DNA of 64,000 nucleotides from a bacterium (lineage in GTDB: Bacteria > Patescibacteriota > Minisyncoccia > Phycocordibacterales > UBA1006), in the NCBI GenBank assembly GCA_037144045.1, contig JBAWXN010000001.1, forward strand, positions 134,744 through 198,743, given 5' to 3'. Each line of letters starts with the position of its first letter. The stretch's first letter is position 1. The notes beneath the pieces are model-generated. The model saw nothing but the letters and a program-made list of their open reading frames with translations. It made no database searches and was not told the origin of the DNA. Shown in pieces: positions 36,743-46,182 of the stretch. Made by a program: the position numbers and the translations under genes.

Positions 36743-38551
36743 ATGGCAAAACTACCCAACATTATCGAGAAAGAGCGTTCAACGTGGAAAATTATTTCGT
36801 TTGCGTTTATGGCATCAATTCGTGGTTCAAAAATACCTTCAATCATGCGCTATGTTTCTGACGGGCTCATGAGTGTATTTATGTTCCTTGAATTCGGAGC
36901 ATTAGGGTTAATCGTAAATGAATTCGTTCAGTATGGAACCGCAGGTGCACGTTATAGCACTATTTCTTGGGCATTTTTCTTGATAATTATTTCAACATTA
37001 GTACCTTCTATTATTTCTTCACTGCGGGGGTATTTTCAAGATGTTCAAATGAACGACATGCAGCGCTATTTGCAGTCGCTCATTTTTAATCAAATGAAAC
37101 GATTAGATATTGGAACTATTGAACAGCCAGAATTTCAAAACATCCTCGATGTAACGAATTCACGCGGGTGGAGTGCAGTATTCAATATTATTTCAATTAT
37201 TACAGGATCAATTAGAAATATTGTGGCGCTGGTGATTGCGGCGGTATCATTGGTGGTGCTTTCACCGTTATTATTATTGATTATTGTAGTCAGTGTAATT
37301 CCAACCTATATCCTTGAACGAAAAAATGCCGAACGTTCAGCAGAGCTTTGGAAAAAAACTTCAGAAATGCGCCGTATGTGGCAATCAAAATCTGGTCCAG
37401 TATATGGAAAAAGTAGTTTGGTTGAATTAAAGAACTTTGGGCTCGTTTCAGTATTCCTTAAGAAATGGTTAAGTCTTATTGGTTCGTTTCATAATGATTC
37501 TCAAAAATTAGGGATAAAAAATGTACGCAATGAGCTGCTCGCAGTAATCCTCATTACGGCTGGATATGGTATTGGATTCTTCATGATTATTCACAAGGTG
37601 TACATTGGAGCATTACTAGTTGGATCGCTCGTATATACCTTTGCCGTAATCTCACGATTCCAATCAGCACTTCAAGCACTCTTTGAAAACTTTGGGCGAC
37701 TATCAGAACATAAAAAGAACCTTGATACATTTATTGATCTTCTCGAAATGGAACCCATGATTGTATCGGGAACACAGGTAATACATCCTGATGATTTCGA
37801 AACATTGGAGGTGCGTGATGTGTCGTTTACTTATCCTGGGTCGGATAAACATGTGACGGAGCATTTATCGCTTAAGGTTTCCCGTGGTGATAATATTGCA
37901 ATTGTCGGACTTAATGGTGCAGGTAAAACAACGCTCATTAAATTATTGACGCGTGTATACGATCCAACAGAAGGCGAGATCCTGGTGAATGGTGTTAATC
38001 TCAAGGAGTATGACCTTGAATCATGGAAACGATGTTTAGGTATTTTATTCCAAGATTATGCAACGTATAGCGAAGAATCAGTTGCTGAAAATATCATGCT
38101 CGGCGACATTTCTAAACATGATCAGGCATTGGTTGAGAAAAGTGCCAAGGATTCAACGGCACATGATTACATTATGGAACTCGCTGATAAATACGATCAA
38201 CGAGTTGGAACTGAATTTAGAGGTGGGGTAGAGCTATCAAAAGGACAGAAGCAAAAGTTGGTATTAGCTCGGGTGTTTTACCGGGATGCGCCAATTGTTA
38301 TCCTTGATGAACCAACAGCTGCGATTGACGCATTGTCAGAAGACACAATTTTCAAGGCGTTACGTACCAATCATACCAATCAAACCCGTATTATTATTTC
38401 TCATAAATTCTCAAACGTGCGTGAGGCAGATAGTATTATCCTGATTGAGCATGGAAAAATTATTGAACAGGGAAATCATGATGCGTTGATGCAACTCAAA
38501 AATGGTCGGTATAAGACACTCTTCGAATTGCAAGCAGAAGGTTATAAATAG
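36743..38551 (+). CDS. ABC transporter, fused permease/ATPase exporter
   Basis: Six N-terminal TM helices. Walker A GLNGAGKTT, signature LSKGQKQKLVLARV, Walker B ILDEPTAAIDA. Confidence 0.85.
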   Translation: MAKLPNIIEKERSTWKIISFAFMASIRGSKIPSIMRYVSDGLMSVFMFLEFGALGLIVNEFVQYGTAGARYSTISWAFFLIIISTLVPSIISSLRGYFQDVQMNDMQRYLQSLIFNQMKRLDIGTIEQPEFQNILDVTNSRGWSAVFNIISIITGSIRNIVALVIAAVSLVVLSPLLLLIIVVSVIPTYILERKNAERSAELWKKTSEMRRMWQSKSGPVYGKSSLVELKNFGLVSVFLKKWLSLIGSFHNDSQKLGIKNVRNELLAVILITAGYGIGFFMIIHKVYIGALLVGSLVYTFAVISRFQSALQALFENFGRLSEHKKNLDTFIDLLEMEPMIVSGTQVIHPDDFETLEVRDVSFTYPGSDKHVTEHLSLKVSRGDNIAIVGLNGAGKTTLIKLLTRVYDPTEGEILVNGVNLKEYDLESWKRCLGILFQDYATYSEESVAENIMLGDISKHDQALVEKSAKDSTAHDYIMELADKYDQRVGTEFRGGVELSKGQKQKLVLARVFYRDAPIVILDEPTAAIDALSEDTIFKALRTNHTNQTRIIISHKFSNVREADSIILIEHGKIIEQGNHDALMQLKNGRYKTLFELQAEGYK

Positions 38552-38555
38552 TAAT

Positions 38556-38586
38556 TAAAAACTTACACCTGCGTGTAAGTTTTTTG
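38556..38586 (+). terminator. Rho-independent terminator
   Basis: AAAAACTTACACCTGCGTGTAAGTTTTTTG. Confidence 0.8.
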
Positions 38587-38597
38587 TATAAAAAAAT

Positions 38598-38616
38598 AGG
38601 GACCGGATTGGTCCCT
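38598..38616 (-). terminator. Terminator for the minus-strand gene
   Basis: AGGGACCAATCCGGTCCCT followed by T7 on the minus strand. Confidence 0.65.
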
Positions 38617-38640
38617 ATCTCATCCGCGGAATGCAGATGG

Positions 38641-40032
38641 TTATTTAGTTGGTTGTTGTTTTTTGGTTGCTGCTTGAACCGCTTTGCAATGACTCAGGCA
38701 AGAGCTATACAATGGGCATGATGTACCATTTGCAACCTTAACGCAGATGCCGGCTTGGCACTGTTTCTGATTGCGGGTATCGAATTGCTTCTTTACCACG
38801 ATTTGAATAGCGTTCACCACATCCTGAGTGCCCAATTCTTTTCCTATTAGGCCAGGAGCATCAGGATCAGCCTTAGAACCGTTCATGATGATATTCATAT
38901 TATCATCGAAGTAAAGTTCTGGTACCTCATAATGAGTACCGTACTGGCCAATAGTGTCGAAACGTAATCCTTTACCAGTGCGCTTAAACGAAATCTTTTG
39001 TTGCAAAATACGTAACACGTCCGGCATAAACTGCTCGAATCCTGCTTGTGGCATGATTACGAATTGTTTGCCCGCGCCCGGCATAGCTGTTTTCTTCACC
39101 AAAAGCAGTATCCCTAGGGTGCGATTAGCACTTTTTGGGTTTTTGCTTTGGATAGCTTTAGCTGCGAGCCGGTTGTCACTTACCATGGTCATAAGTACAG
39201 GATAATTTTCACCAGGTAGTGAAATAGCGCTCGCTTGAACCGTGTCTTTTTGTAAATCGTACTCAGCACATGCCTTAAGGAATAATTCACGTTGTTCAAC
39301 GTGGAACGCAATAAAATTTTGCGCTGTGTTGAAGACGTTTAGAAATCCTTGCTCATCAGCAGGTTCAATGGTTTCATAACCTTTTTTAATAGCACCCGCT
39401 ATCGTGCTTGTTTGCATAAATCCAAGCATTTCGGATTCCTCTTTACTGATACGCAAAGCGTCTTCGGTAACCGGCTCGCCTTGCTTTTCAATAGCAGATT
39501 TTTTTGCGCGCTGTAGGTTTTTCTTTAAATTATCACCGTGGTTATCCTCATAATTGATATACTCAATTACAGGGCCTAACAAGTCACGGTTCCTTTTTTC
39601 TGCATACAGGTCAAGATGGCGTTTAACTAATTCTGTGCATGAAATCTTGCTTTTACGATCTCCGTGCTCATCAAGTGGACCCTTGCCTAAACCAATAAGT
39701 AGGTAACCTTGCTTTAAAGCCTTTAAAAAGCCTTTAAAGTTGAGGTAATTCGCGTTACGCAGTTTCGTTTCCGAAATTACTGCTGGCAGTGCCTGTTCTA
39801 CGCCTGGGAATAACTTGCGCCCTTCTACTGTATTTCTCAGTATGTAAAATGCAGCATGTGCATCCATTGAAGGGGAATGTCTGAAACCGATAATTTTGAT
39901 TCCTGTGATAGGAATGCGGAAGTTCCAAGCTTCCATCAATTCTTCATCGGTTGCAGTTGAGCAGTCGGTGATGGTGAAAGTAAACTTTCTTGTTGGTTTG
40001 CTTTTTTGGTTTGTTGTCGCTGTTACGCTCAT
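38641..40032 (-). CDS. Hypothetical protein with a C-terminal Cys cluster (463 aa)
   Basis: No TM helix or signal peptide. The C-terminal CQAGICVKVANGTSCPLYSSCLSHC is a possible metal-binding knuckle. The gene is monocistronic, with its own terminator. Confidence 0.45.
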   Translation of the reverse strand: MSVTATTNQKSKPTRKFTFTITDCSTATDEELMEAWNFRIPITGIKIIGFRHSPSMDAHAAFYILRNTVEGRKLFPGVEQALPAVISETKLRNANYLNFKGFLKALKQGYLLIGLGKGPLDEHGDRKSKISCTELVKRHLDLYAEKRNRDLLGPVIEYINYEDNHGDNLKKNLQRAKKSAIEKQGEPVTEDALRISKEESEMLGFMQTSTIAGAIKKGYETIEPADEQGFLNVFNTAQNFIAFHVEQRELFLKACAEYDLQKDTVQASAISLPGENYPVLMTMVSDNRLAAKAIQSKNPKSANRTLGILLLVKKTAMPGAGKQFVIMPQAGFEQFMPDVLRILQQKISFKRTGKGLRFDTIGQYGTHYEVPELYFDDNMNIIMNGSKADPDAPGLIGKELGTQDVVNAIQIVVKKQFDTRNQKQCQAGICVKVANGTSCPLYSSCLSHCKAVQAATKKQQPTK

Positions 40033-40099
40033 GTTGTTAAGTTTTTAATGTTATCTTGTGGCTACCTGCACAAGTTCAGGTTATTTTTACAATTATAGC

Positions 40100-40309
40100 A
40101 TAATATGACTCATAAGTCAAGTATTCTCAAGGGTTTTTGACTGTGCTATAGTAGCCTTGTATTTAAAGACCCAATTGACACTTGGCGAGAATACAAATCC
40201 CAAAAGAAGTCCAAAGTAGGGTGGCACCGCGTTTCCTTCGAAGAATCGCCCCTGCAAATGTATTTATACGTTTGAAGAGGCGATTTTTCGTTTCTTCATA
40301 AAAGACTTT
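40100..40309 (+). promoter_or_regulatory. T-box riboswitch leader of aspS
   Basis: T-box core AAGTAGGGTGGCACCGCG (40214-40231) matches the consensus AAUUAGGGUGGNACCGCG. Downstream terminator stem GAAGAATCGCC (40240-40250) / GGCGATTTTTC (40279-40289) plus a U-tract. Candidate GAC specifier at about 40170-40180. Confidence 0.55.
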
Positions 40310-41725
40310 ATGAAAAACAGGGTATTAATTAATGATTTACAAAATCATGTAGACCAGGAGGTAGTTATTGGTGCGTGGGTAGATACTCGTCGTGACCAAG
40401 GTAAAATGATCTTTTTCGAATTTCGAGACCGAACCGGAAAAGTTCAGGGAGTAACCTTACCTAATAGCGCAGCTCTTGAAGTTGCAAAAACGTTACGAGG
40501 TGAGTGGGTCGTTGCCGTTACTGGAAAAGTAAATAAACGTCCAGAACGAAATGTTCAAGCAGACAAGCAAAATGGTGATATTGAACTTGAGGTGCTCGGT
40601 ATCGAAGTACTGAACGAATCAGAAACACCCGTGTTTGATATTTCAACAGACACCCGAGCAATCGGTGAAGAAGTGCGATTACGTCATAAATACCTCGACA
40701 TGCGCAGTGATCGTGTACAGAAAAATATTCGTATGCGTGCCCATGTTGCAAAATTTGTGAGAGACTTCTTAGCTAATGAAGGATTTATTGAAGTAGAAAC
40801 ACCACTCCTTACTAAATCAACCCCAGAAGGAGCCCGTGACTTTATTGTTCCAGCACGGCTATATCCAGGAAACTTTTATGCGCTTCCGCAATCACCGCAA
40901 CAATATAAACAATTGTTAATGACGGGTGGAATTGAACGGTATTTCCAGGTTGCAAAATGTTTACGTGATGAAGACTCACGTGGAGACCGTCAGCCAGAAT
41001 TTACCCAAATCGATATGGAATTGTCATTTGTGCAACAAGAAGACGTAATGGATGTAAATGAACGCTTGTTGATTAAGGTAGTTCAAGAACTCTATCCTGA
41101 TAAAAAAATTCAACAAATTCCATTTCCTCGTATTACCTATAAAGATGCCATGGAAAAATATGGAAACGATCGTCCAGATTTACGTGAAGACAAGACCGAT
41201 CCTAATTTACTCGCATTTTGTTGGGTAGTAGATTTTCCATTTTTTGAACGAACTGATAAATCAGACAATCCTGATACTCACGGTGAATGGACATTTACCC
41301 ATAATCCATTCTCAGCGCCTAAACCAGAACATATGGACTGGTTAATGAATAAAGAAAACATCGGTGATATTCTTACGACTCAGTATGATATCGCCCTCAA
41401 TGGATACGAAATTGGAGGTGGTTCAATTCGTAACCATAAACCAGATCGATTGCGTAAAGTATTTGAAATCATGGGACATGACCCGGCTGATATTGAATCA
41501 AACTTCGGGCACATGCTTAAGGCATTTTCGTTCGGTACACCACCACACGGGGGTATTGCGTGGGGATTTGATCGTTTGATGATGTTGCTTCAAAACGAAC
41601 CAAATATTCGTGAAGTAATTCCGTTCCCAAAAACAGGGGAAGGAAAAGACTTGATGATGGATTCACCAGCTCCTGTTTCTGATAAACAGTTGAACGAACT
41701 CCAAATTATTGTGAAAAAAGTGTAA
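40310..41725 (+). CDS. aspS: Aspartyl-tRNA synthetase, archaeal/eukaryotic-type short form (no GAD insertion)
   Basis: N-terminal OB anticodon-binding domain. Class II motifs (FYALPQSPQQYKQLLM, FRDEDSRGDRQPEFTQIDMEL, GGSIR). 471 aa, versus about 590 aa for bacterial-type AspRS. Confidence 0.88.
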   Translation: MKNRVLINDLQNHVDQEVVIGAWVDTRRDQGKMIFFEFRDRTGKVQGVTLPNSAALEVAKTLRGEWVVAVTGKVNKRPERNVQADKQNGDIELEVLGIEVLNESETPVFDISTDTRAIGEEVRLRHKYLDMRSDRVQKNIRMRAHVAKFVRDFLANEGFIEVETPLLTKSTPEGARDFIVPARLYPGNFYALPQSPQQYKQLLMTGGIERYFQVAKCLRDEDSRGDRQPEFTQIDMELSFVQQEDVMDVNERLLIKVVQELYPDKKIQQIPFPRITYKDAMEKYGNDRPDLREDKTDPNLLAFCWVVDFPFFERTDKSDNPDTHGEWTFTHNPFSAPKPEHMDWLMNKENIGDILTTQYDIALNGYEIGGGSIRNHKPDRLRKVFEIMGHDPADIESNFGHMLKAFSFGTPPHGGIAWGFDRLMMLLQNEPNIREVIPFPKTGEGKDLMMDSPAPVSDKQLNELQIIVKKV

Positions 41726-41729
41726 CAAT

Positions 41730-41757
41730 AAAACCCTGCTTTCAAGCAGGGTTTTTG
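41730..41757. terminator. Bidirectional terminator
   Basis: AAAACCCTGCTTTCAAGCAGGGTTTTT. Confidence 0.8.
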
Positions 41758-41761
41758 ATAA

Positions 41762-41995
41762 TTAATTAAATAGGTCTCTAAAAATCTTGAATATTTTTTT
41801 GTAGCAAGGAGTGAGGCGCCAGAGGAGTTCGTCTCGTAATAAAGGGAGGTTGGGATCAGTTCTTGAAACAGAATTCATGTGTGCTTGCGCAAATTCATTT
41901 ACAAGTTTTTCCTTAGAAAAACCTTTTACTACTTCTGAAGTGTAGATCATGATAATAGATTTGCTGAAGTATATATAATTTAAAGCTTTTGTCAA
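41762..41995 (-). CDS. Small hypothetical protein (77 aa)
   Basis: ORF only. Confidence 0.25.
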   Translation of the reverse strand: MTKALNYIYFSKSIIMIYTSEVVKGFSKEKLVNEFAQAHMNSVSRTDPNLPLLRDELLWRLTPCYKKIFKIFRDLFN

Positions 41996-42021
41996 AAGGC
42001 TTTTTCGTGTAAAATGGACCT

Positions 42022-42750
42022 ATGGAATATCTCGTAAAAACAGGGGAATTTGAGGGTCCAGTGCACATCCTCTTGCAATTGATTCAGGATCGTAAACTAC
42101 ACGTTTCCGAGGTGTCACTTGCTGTAGTAACCGAGGACTTTTTGAAATTTATTGCTGGGCATAATTTGAATTATTCTCAGGTATCATCGTTCATTGTTGT
42201 TTCTTCAACCTTGCTTTTGATTAAGTCTCGATCATTGTTGCCAAGTATTGAGCTCACTGAGGAAGAAGAAGAAAGTATTGTTGACCTTACGGAACGAGTT
42301 CGTCAGTATGAAGTGGTACGGAAGTACGCAGAATTACTTGCGCCATTGTATGGGAAAAATCCTTTGTTTGCTCGCACCTACCAGGATAAGACACCGGTAT
42401 TTGCTCCAGATGTTCAAATAACTACGACAACGCTGGGTAGCCTCCTTCATGATTTATTTGTTGCATTTCCTGTAGTTGAAAAACTTCCAGAAAAAGCAAT
42501 GAAGGTGGTGGTAAAACTCGAAGTAATGATTGATGACCTTAAGGAACGAATCCAAAGAGGTATGACATTACACAGTCGCGAAATAATGGATAAGTATCGT
42601 AATGCGACAGATCCTACAGAAAAGCGCCAAGCAAAAGTATTTGCGGTAGTGTCATTCCTTGCTATGCTTGAACTCGTTAAAAAGGGGTTTGCGGCAGTAG
42701 TACAAGAAGAAAGCTTTGGTGATATTGAACTTACGAATCCGAATAATTAA
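42022..42750 (+). CDS. scpA: Segregation and condensation protein A
   Basis: N-terminal FEGPVHILLQLIQDRKLHVSEVSLAVVTEDFLKFI and a C-terminal winged helix, about 240 aa, immediately upstream of scpB. Confidence 0.85.
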   Translation: MEYLVKTGEFEGPVHILLQLIQDRKLHVSEVSLAVVTEDFLKFIAGHNLNYSQVSSFIVVSSTLLLIKSRSLLPSIELTEEEEESIVDLTERVRQYEVVRKYAELLAPLYGKNPLFARTYQDKTPVFAPDVQITTTTLGSLLHDLFVAFPVVEKLPEKAMKVVVKLEVMIDDLKERIQRGMTLHSREIMDKYRNATDPTEKRQAKVFAVVSFLAMLELVKKGFAAVVQEESFGDIELTNPNN

Positions 42751-42753
42751 TAT

Positions 42754-43311
42754 ATGAATCTTACACAAAAAATTGAAGGATATTTATTTTACACTGGGGA
42801 ACCAGTGACTCTTAAACAACTTGCAAAAGTGTTTGAAGTGTCCGAAGGTCAAATTACTGATGCACTGCATGAACTTGAACAACACTTAGTAGGACATGGT
42901 ATGGTATTGGTTGTTAATGGTAATGAAGTTCTGCTTACGACTCATCCAGAAATGGCAGGTATTATTACTGCGATTAAAAAACAAGAACTTTCAGATCCAT
43001 TGTCCAAATCAGCTCTCGAAACGCTTACTATTATTCTGTATAAAGACGGCGCTACTAAACCAGAAATTGATTTCATTCGTGGAGTAAATTCTGGATTTAT
43101 GTTACGTAACTTGCTCGTTCGTGGACTCATTGAAAAAGTGTCTAATGATGAGGATAAACGTATTACTAAATACCGTGCAACATTTGATACGTTGCAACAC
43201 TTAGGTATTCGCTCATTGGATGAATTACCCAACTTTGAACTCTTTAAACAAGAAATTGAAAAACGCGAACAGGCAGAACCGGTTGTTGAATCAAATATTT
43301 TTACAGAATAA
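42754..43311 (+). CDS. scpB: Segregation and condensation protein B
   Basis: Tandem winged-helix domains (LFYTGEPVTLKQLAKVF ... LETLTIILYKDGATKPEIDFIRGV), 185 aa. Confidence 0.85.
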   Translation: MNLTQKIEGYLFYTGEPVTLKQLAKVFEVSEGQITDALHELEQHLVGHGMVLVVNGNEVLLTTHPEMAGIITAIKKQELSDPLSKSALETLTIILYKDGATKPEIDFIRGVNSGFMLRNLLVRGLIEKVSNDEDKRITKYRATFDTLQHLGIRSLDELPNFELFKQEIEKREQAEPVVESNIFTE

Positions 43312-43312
43312 A

Positions 43313-43338
43313 AAACCCTCGCAGGGTTTTTTATTCTT
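43313..43338. terminator. Bidirectional terminator
   Basis: AAAAACCCTCGCAGGGTTTTTTATT. Confidence 0.8.
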
Positions 43339-43349
43339 AGGAGAACTTA

Positions 43350-44387
43350 TTATTGTTTCGGAGCTGTCTTTACATTATAGGTCTTTTCAAGACTTTTGGT
43401 AAGGTTTGCTTCGTCAATAACTTGTTCTGCTTTTTGGAGGCTTACTAAAGCTTCACTGTATGATCCTTGGTTAATTTTTTCTTTTGCGCCTGCGACTAAT
43501 TCATTGAGCGTAGGTTTCTTGTCTTCAACAGGTTCGATCACCGCAGGGGTTGTAGTCGAATCAGTAGAAGATAGGGTACTCACGTCCATGGTTTTCATAA
43601 GTGCCATAGTGGCAACTGGTACTGGTTCTACAGGTGCGACGGCAGCAACGGTGGTTATTTCAGGAACGGTCTTTAATTTCTCGGTAATTGCAGTAAATTT
43701 TTCTTCGGTAGTAGTTTTAGTGTTGCTGTTGGGTTTGAGAGCAATTACTTGTTCAAATTTTACTTTTTCAAGAGCAAGTCGTTCCACGGTATGTTCAGCA
43801 GCAAGGACAATAGTACCAATGTTTTGATTAGTGTTTTGTTCTATAGTTGCAAGAACTCGTCCATTACTTGAAAAGGTTGTTTCAAGGTTATTGATAGCTT
43901 GCAGTGCAAGTTCTGGGTTAGTTTCTTGAATACTATCCGCAACGGTGCGAACTGATTCGCGTGAATGTTCAAGTCCTGATTGAATCATTTGCGATGTGGT
44001 GTCATTGAGTTCACGACGTACGGCAAGAGTTGCTGCTTCGTCAAAACGAGTAGTGATACGACGTGTTTCGAATGCTATTTTCGCTTCGGCAGTTTTTTGG
44101 TTATTTGCCTGGAATTCCTCGATCCAAAGTTTTACGCCGTATAATGACTGATTGGGAAGTGCAGTCGTAGACGCACTCGTAATACCTACCGATGTTCCAA
44201 GTACGAGCACAAGACTTGCAAGAGCTACAGTCATGTATTTAAAGGAATAAGGGGAAAGGAGTCCTGACTTGACTGGATGAGTCGTTGCATACTCAAGAAG
44301 CACATGACGCATATCACGTTTTTCGGTAGGGCTCATCTTTTGATTGCCGAGCCAGTATGCGATTGTATCAAATGGGTTATGCTTCAT
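43350..44387 (-). CDS. Putative anti-sigma factor (single-pass membrane protein cotranscribed with the ECF sigma)
   Basis: Start ATG 44385-44387 overlaps the sigma-factor stop by 11 nt (ATGAAGCATAA). Cytoplasmic N-terminus, one TM helix (MTVALASLVLVLGTSVGI), and a Thr/Ala/Pro-rich extracytoplasmic domain. The ORF track extension to 44693 is an artefact. Confidence 0.45.
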   Translation of the reverse strand: MKHNPFDTIAYWLGNQKMSPTEKRDMRHVLLEYATTHPVKSGLLSPYSFKYMTVALASLVLVLGTSVGITSASTTALPNQSLYGVKLWIEEFQANNQKTAEAKIAFETRRITTRFDEAATLAVRRELNDTTSQMIQSGLEHSRESVRTVADSIQETNPELALQAINNLETTFSSNGRVLATIEQNTNQNIGTIVLAAEHTVERLALEKVKFEQVIALKPNSNTKTTTEEKFTAITEKLKTVPEITTVAAVAPVEPVPVATMALMKTMDVSTLSSTDSTTTPAVIEPVEDKKPTLNELVAGAKEKINQGSYSEALVSLQKAEQVIDEANLTKSLEKTYNVKTAPKQ

Positions 44388-44913
44388 AAAATTCTTGATT
44401 AATAGTTTCAAACATTTTTTTCGCTTGTTTGACAGCGCGATGGATGCGAACAGAAACAGTGTTTTCCGATTCTTTGTAAATAGCTGCAATTTCGGAAAGG
44501 GTGAGTTCTTGAATAAACCTGAGTTGGAGTATTTCGAAATGATGTTCATCGAGCTGCTTGAGTTGGTCCATGAACAACTGGTTTTCGATCGCTGATCCAG
44601 TAGGGGTATTTTCAAGGTCAGCAGGTTCATGAGTAAAGACGTCTTCCAATAACGCATCAAGCGACGCGAACTTTTTCTTGCGACTATGGTCAATAATGAG
44701 GTTTCTGCAGATGCGGTAGAGGAATCCTCTGGTTTGATCTATGGTTTTTCCTGACCGGAGATAATCCCAGGTCTTAATAAAGGTTTCCTGGGTAACATCG
44801 AGAGCAAGGTCTCGATTTCTGGTTTTAGTCAGTGAAAACCTGAATATTTCGTCATTAAATGCCTCATAGAGTTCCATGAACTGTTTTTGTGTTTCTTGAT
44901 GTTCGGTCTTCAT
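44377..44913 (-). CDS. ECF-type sigma-70 family RNA polymerase sigma factor
   Basis: Region 2 (LALDVTQETFIKTWDYL ... LYRICRNLIIDHSRKKK) and region 4 HTH (LTLSEIAAIYKESENTVSVRIHRAVKQAKK). Start at MKTEHQE; the ORF track starts at 44991. Confidence 0.8.
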   Translation of the reverse strand: MKTEHQETQKQFMELYEAFNDEIFRFSLTKTRNRDLALDVTQETFIKTWDYLRSGKTIDQTRGFLYRICRNLIIDHSRKKKFASLDALLEDVFTHEPADLENTPTGSAIENQLFMDQLKQLDEHHFEILQLRFIQELTLSEIAAIYKESENTVSVRIHRAVKQAKKMFETINQEFYEA

Positions 44914-44993
44914 ACTTAGATGACGAAAAAGATGGTAATTTCTTACCAAGTCGTATCTTCCCAAGTATAGCATAAATGGTATAATAATCACCT

Positions 44994-46169
44994 ATGCAAC
45001 AACAAAAAGTCGTTATTATTGGAGGAGGATTTGCCGGGATCCGTACAGCGCTCGATTTAGTAAAAACAGGAACCTGTGAAGTCGTGCTTATTTCACAAAA
45101 TCCAAATTTTGAATACTATCCAGGACTCCATAAAATGATCGGTATTCACGATAGTGTAGTAGTTCAAGTACCCCTCGCAACGATTTTTGAAGGTAAATCA
45201 ATTTCTTTGGTATATGAAAAAGTAATAGGAGTTGATATTCATACTAAAACGGTTACTACAGAACATGCTCCTTATCAGGCTGACTATGTAATTCTTGCTA
45301 TGGGAAGTCAGACTGAATATTTTGGAATTGCTGGATTACCGGAAATGGCATTTGGATTTAAGTCGGTAGCTGAAGCTCGAAAACTGCGTAATCATATTGA
45401 AGACATGTTTGCTAAACACGTGAAGACTGACAAGGCAGAATCAGTGGTGGGGCTCCATATGGTTATTGTAGGTGCAGGTCCCAACGGGGTAGACCTGGCT
45501 GGTGAAATTGCTGCTTTGAACAAATCACTTGCAAAAAAATACGGAGTTATTGAATCACTGATCACAGTCGATCTTATTGAAGCTGCGAGTCGAGTCCTTG
45601 CCATGCTTCCTGAGCCAGTAAGTCATCGGGTGGAAAAACGACTCCGTGACCTTGGGGTAACCGTACTCTGTAATCGTGATCTTAAAAGGCAAGAATCATG
45701 GACTGTTGAACTTGCTGATATGACTATGGGTGCTAAAACGGTAGTATGGACTGCAGGAATTATTACCAATGAGTTAGTGAAGAAAATCGAAGGACTTACG
45801 TTAATGAAAAAAAATCGTGTAGCGGTAGACGAATTTCTTCAGGTGAAAGGAGCTCAAAATATATTTTGTGTGGGCGATGTAGCTGATACTCCTTATGCAG
45901 GACTTGCGCAAACAGCGTTGTATGATGGGGAATATGTAGCATCTGTCATCATGAATAAAATTTCGGGACAAAAATTCCACGCATATACTCCCAAACCTAA
46001 TGCATTTAACATTGGTGTTGGTCCAATGTGGTCAGTCATGCAAGTAGGCTCGTTTGTGTCATATGGATTTTTTCCTTATGTATTTAGATCATTAATTGAT
46101 ATTAAATTTTTCCTTTCTATCCTTCCTGTGAAGCAGGTATGGAAATTGTTTTTCAAAAAAGCATCCTAG
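44994..46169 (+). CDS. NAD(P)/FAD-dependent oxidoreductase, type II NADH dehydrogenase (NDH-2)-like
   Basis: First dinucleotide-binding motif VVIIGGGFAGI and second VIVGAGPNGVDLAGE, in an NDH-2-like two-Rossmann layout. Confidence 0.7.
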   Translation: MQQQKVVIIGGGFAGIRTALDLVKTGTCEVVLISQNPNFEYYPGLHKMIGIHDSVVVQVPLATIFEGKSISLVYEKVIGVDIHTKTVTTEHAPYQADYVILAMGSQTEYFGIAGLPEMAFGFKSVAEARKLRNHIEDMFAKHVKTDKAESVVGLHMVIVGAGPNGVDLAGEIAALNKSLAKKYGVIESLITVDLIEAASRVLAMLPEPVSHRVEKRLRDLGVTVLCNRDLKRQESWTVELADMTMGAKTVVWTAGIITNELVKKIEGLTLMKKNRVAVDEFLQVKGAQNIFCVGDVADTPYAGLAQTALYDGEYVASVIMNKISGQKFHAYTPKPNAFNIGVGPMWSVMQVGSFVSYGFFPYVFRSLIDIKFFLSILPVKQVWKLFFKKAS

Positions 46170-46180
46170 GATGCTTTTTT
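46155..46180. terminator. 26-nt perfect palindrome / bidirectional terminator containing the ndh stop codon
   Basis: AAAAAAGCATCCTAGGATGCTTTTTT. Confidence 0.75.
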
Positions 46181-46182
46181 GA

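Noticed and set aside
46155-46180. 26-nt perfect palindrome as a restriction/recombination site
   Set aside because: Its position exactly at the convergent ends of ndh and DUF559, with flanking A/T tracts, makes a bidirectional intrinsic terminator the simplest explanation.
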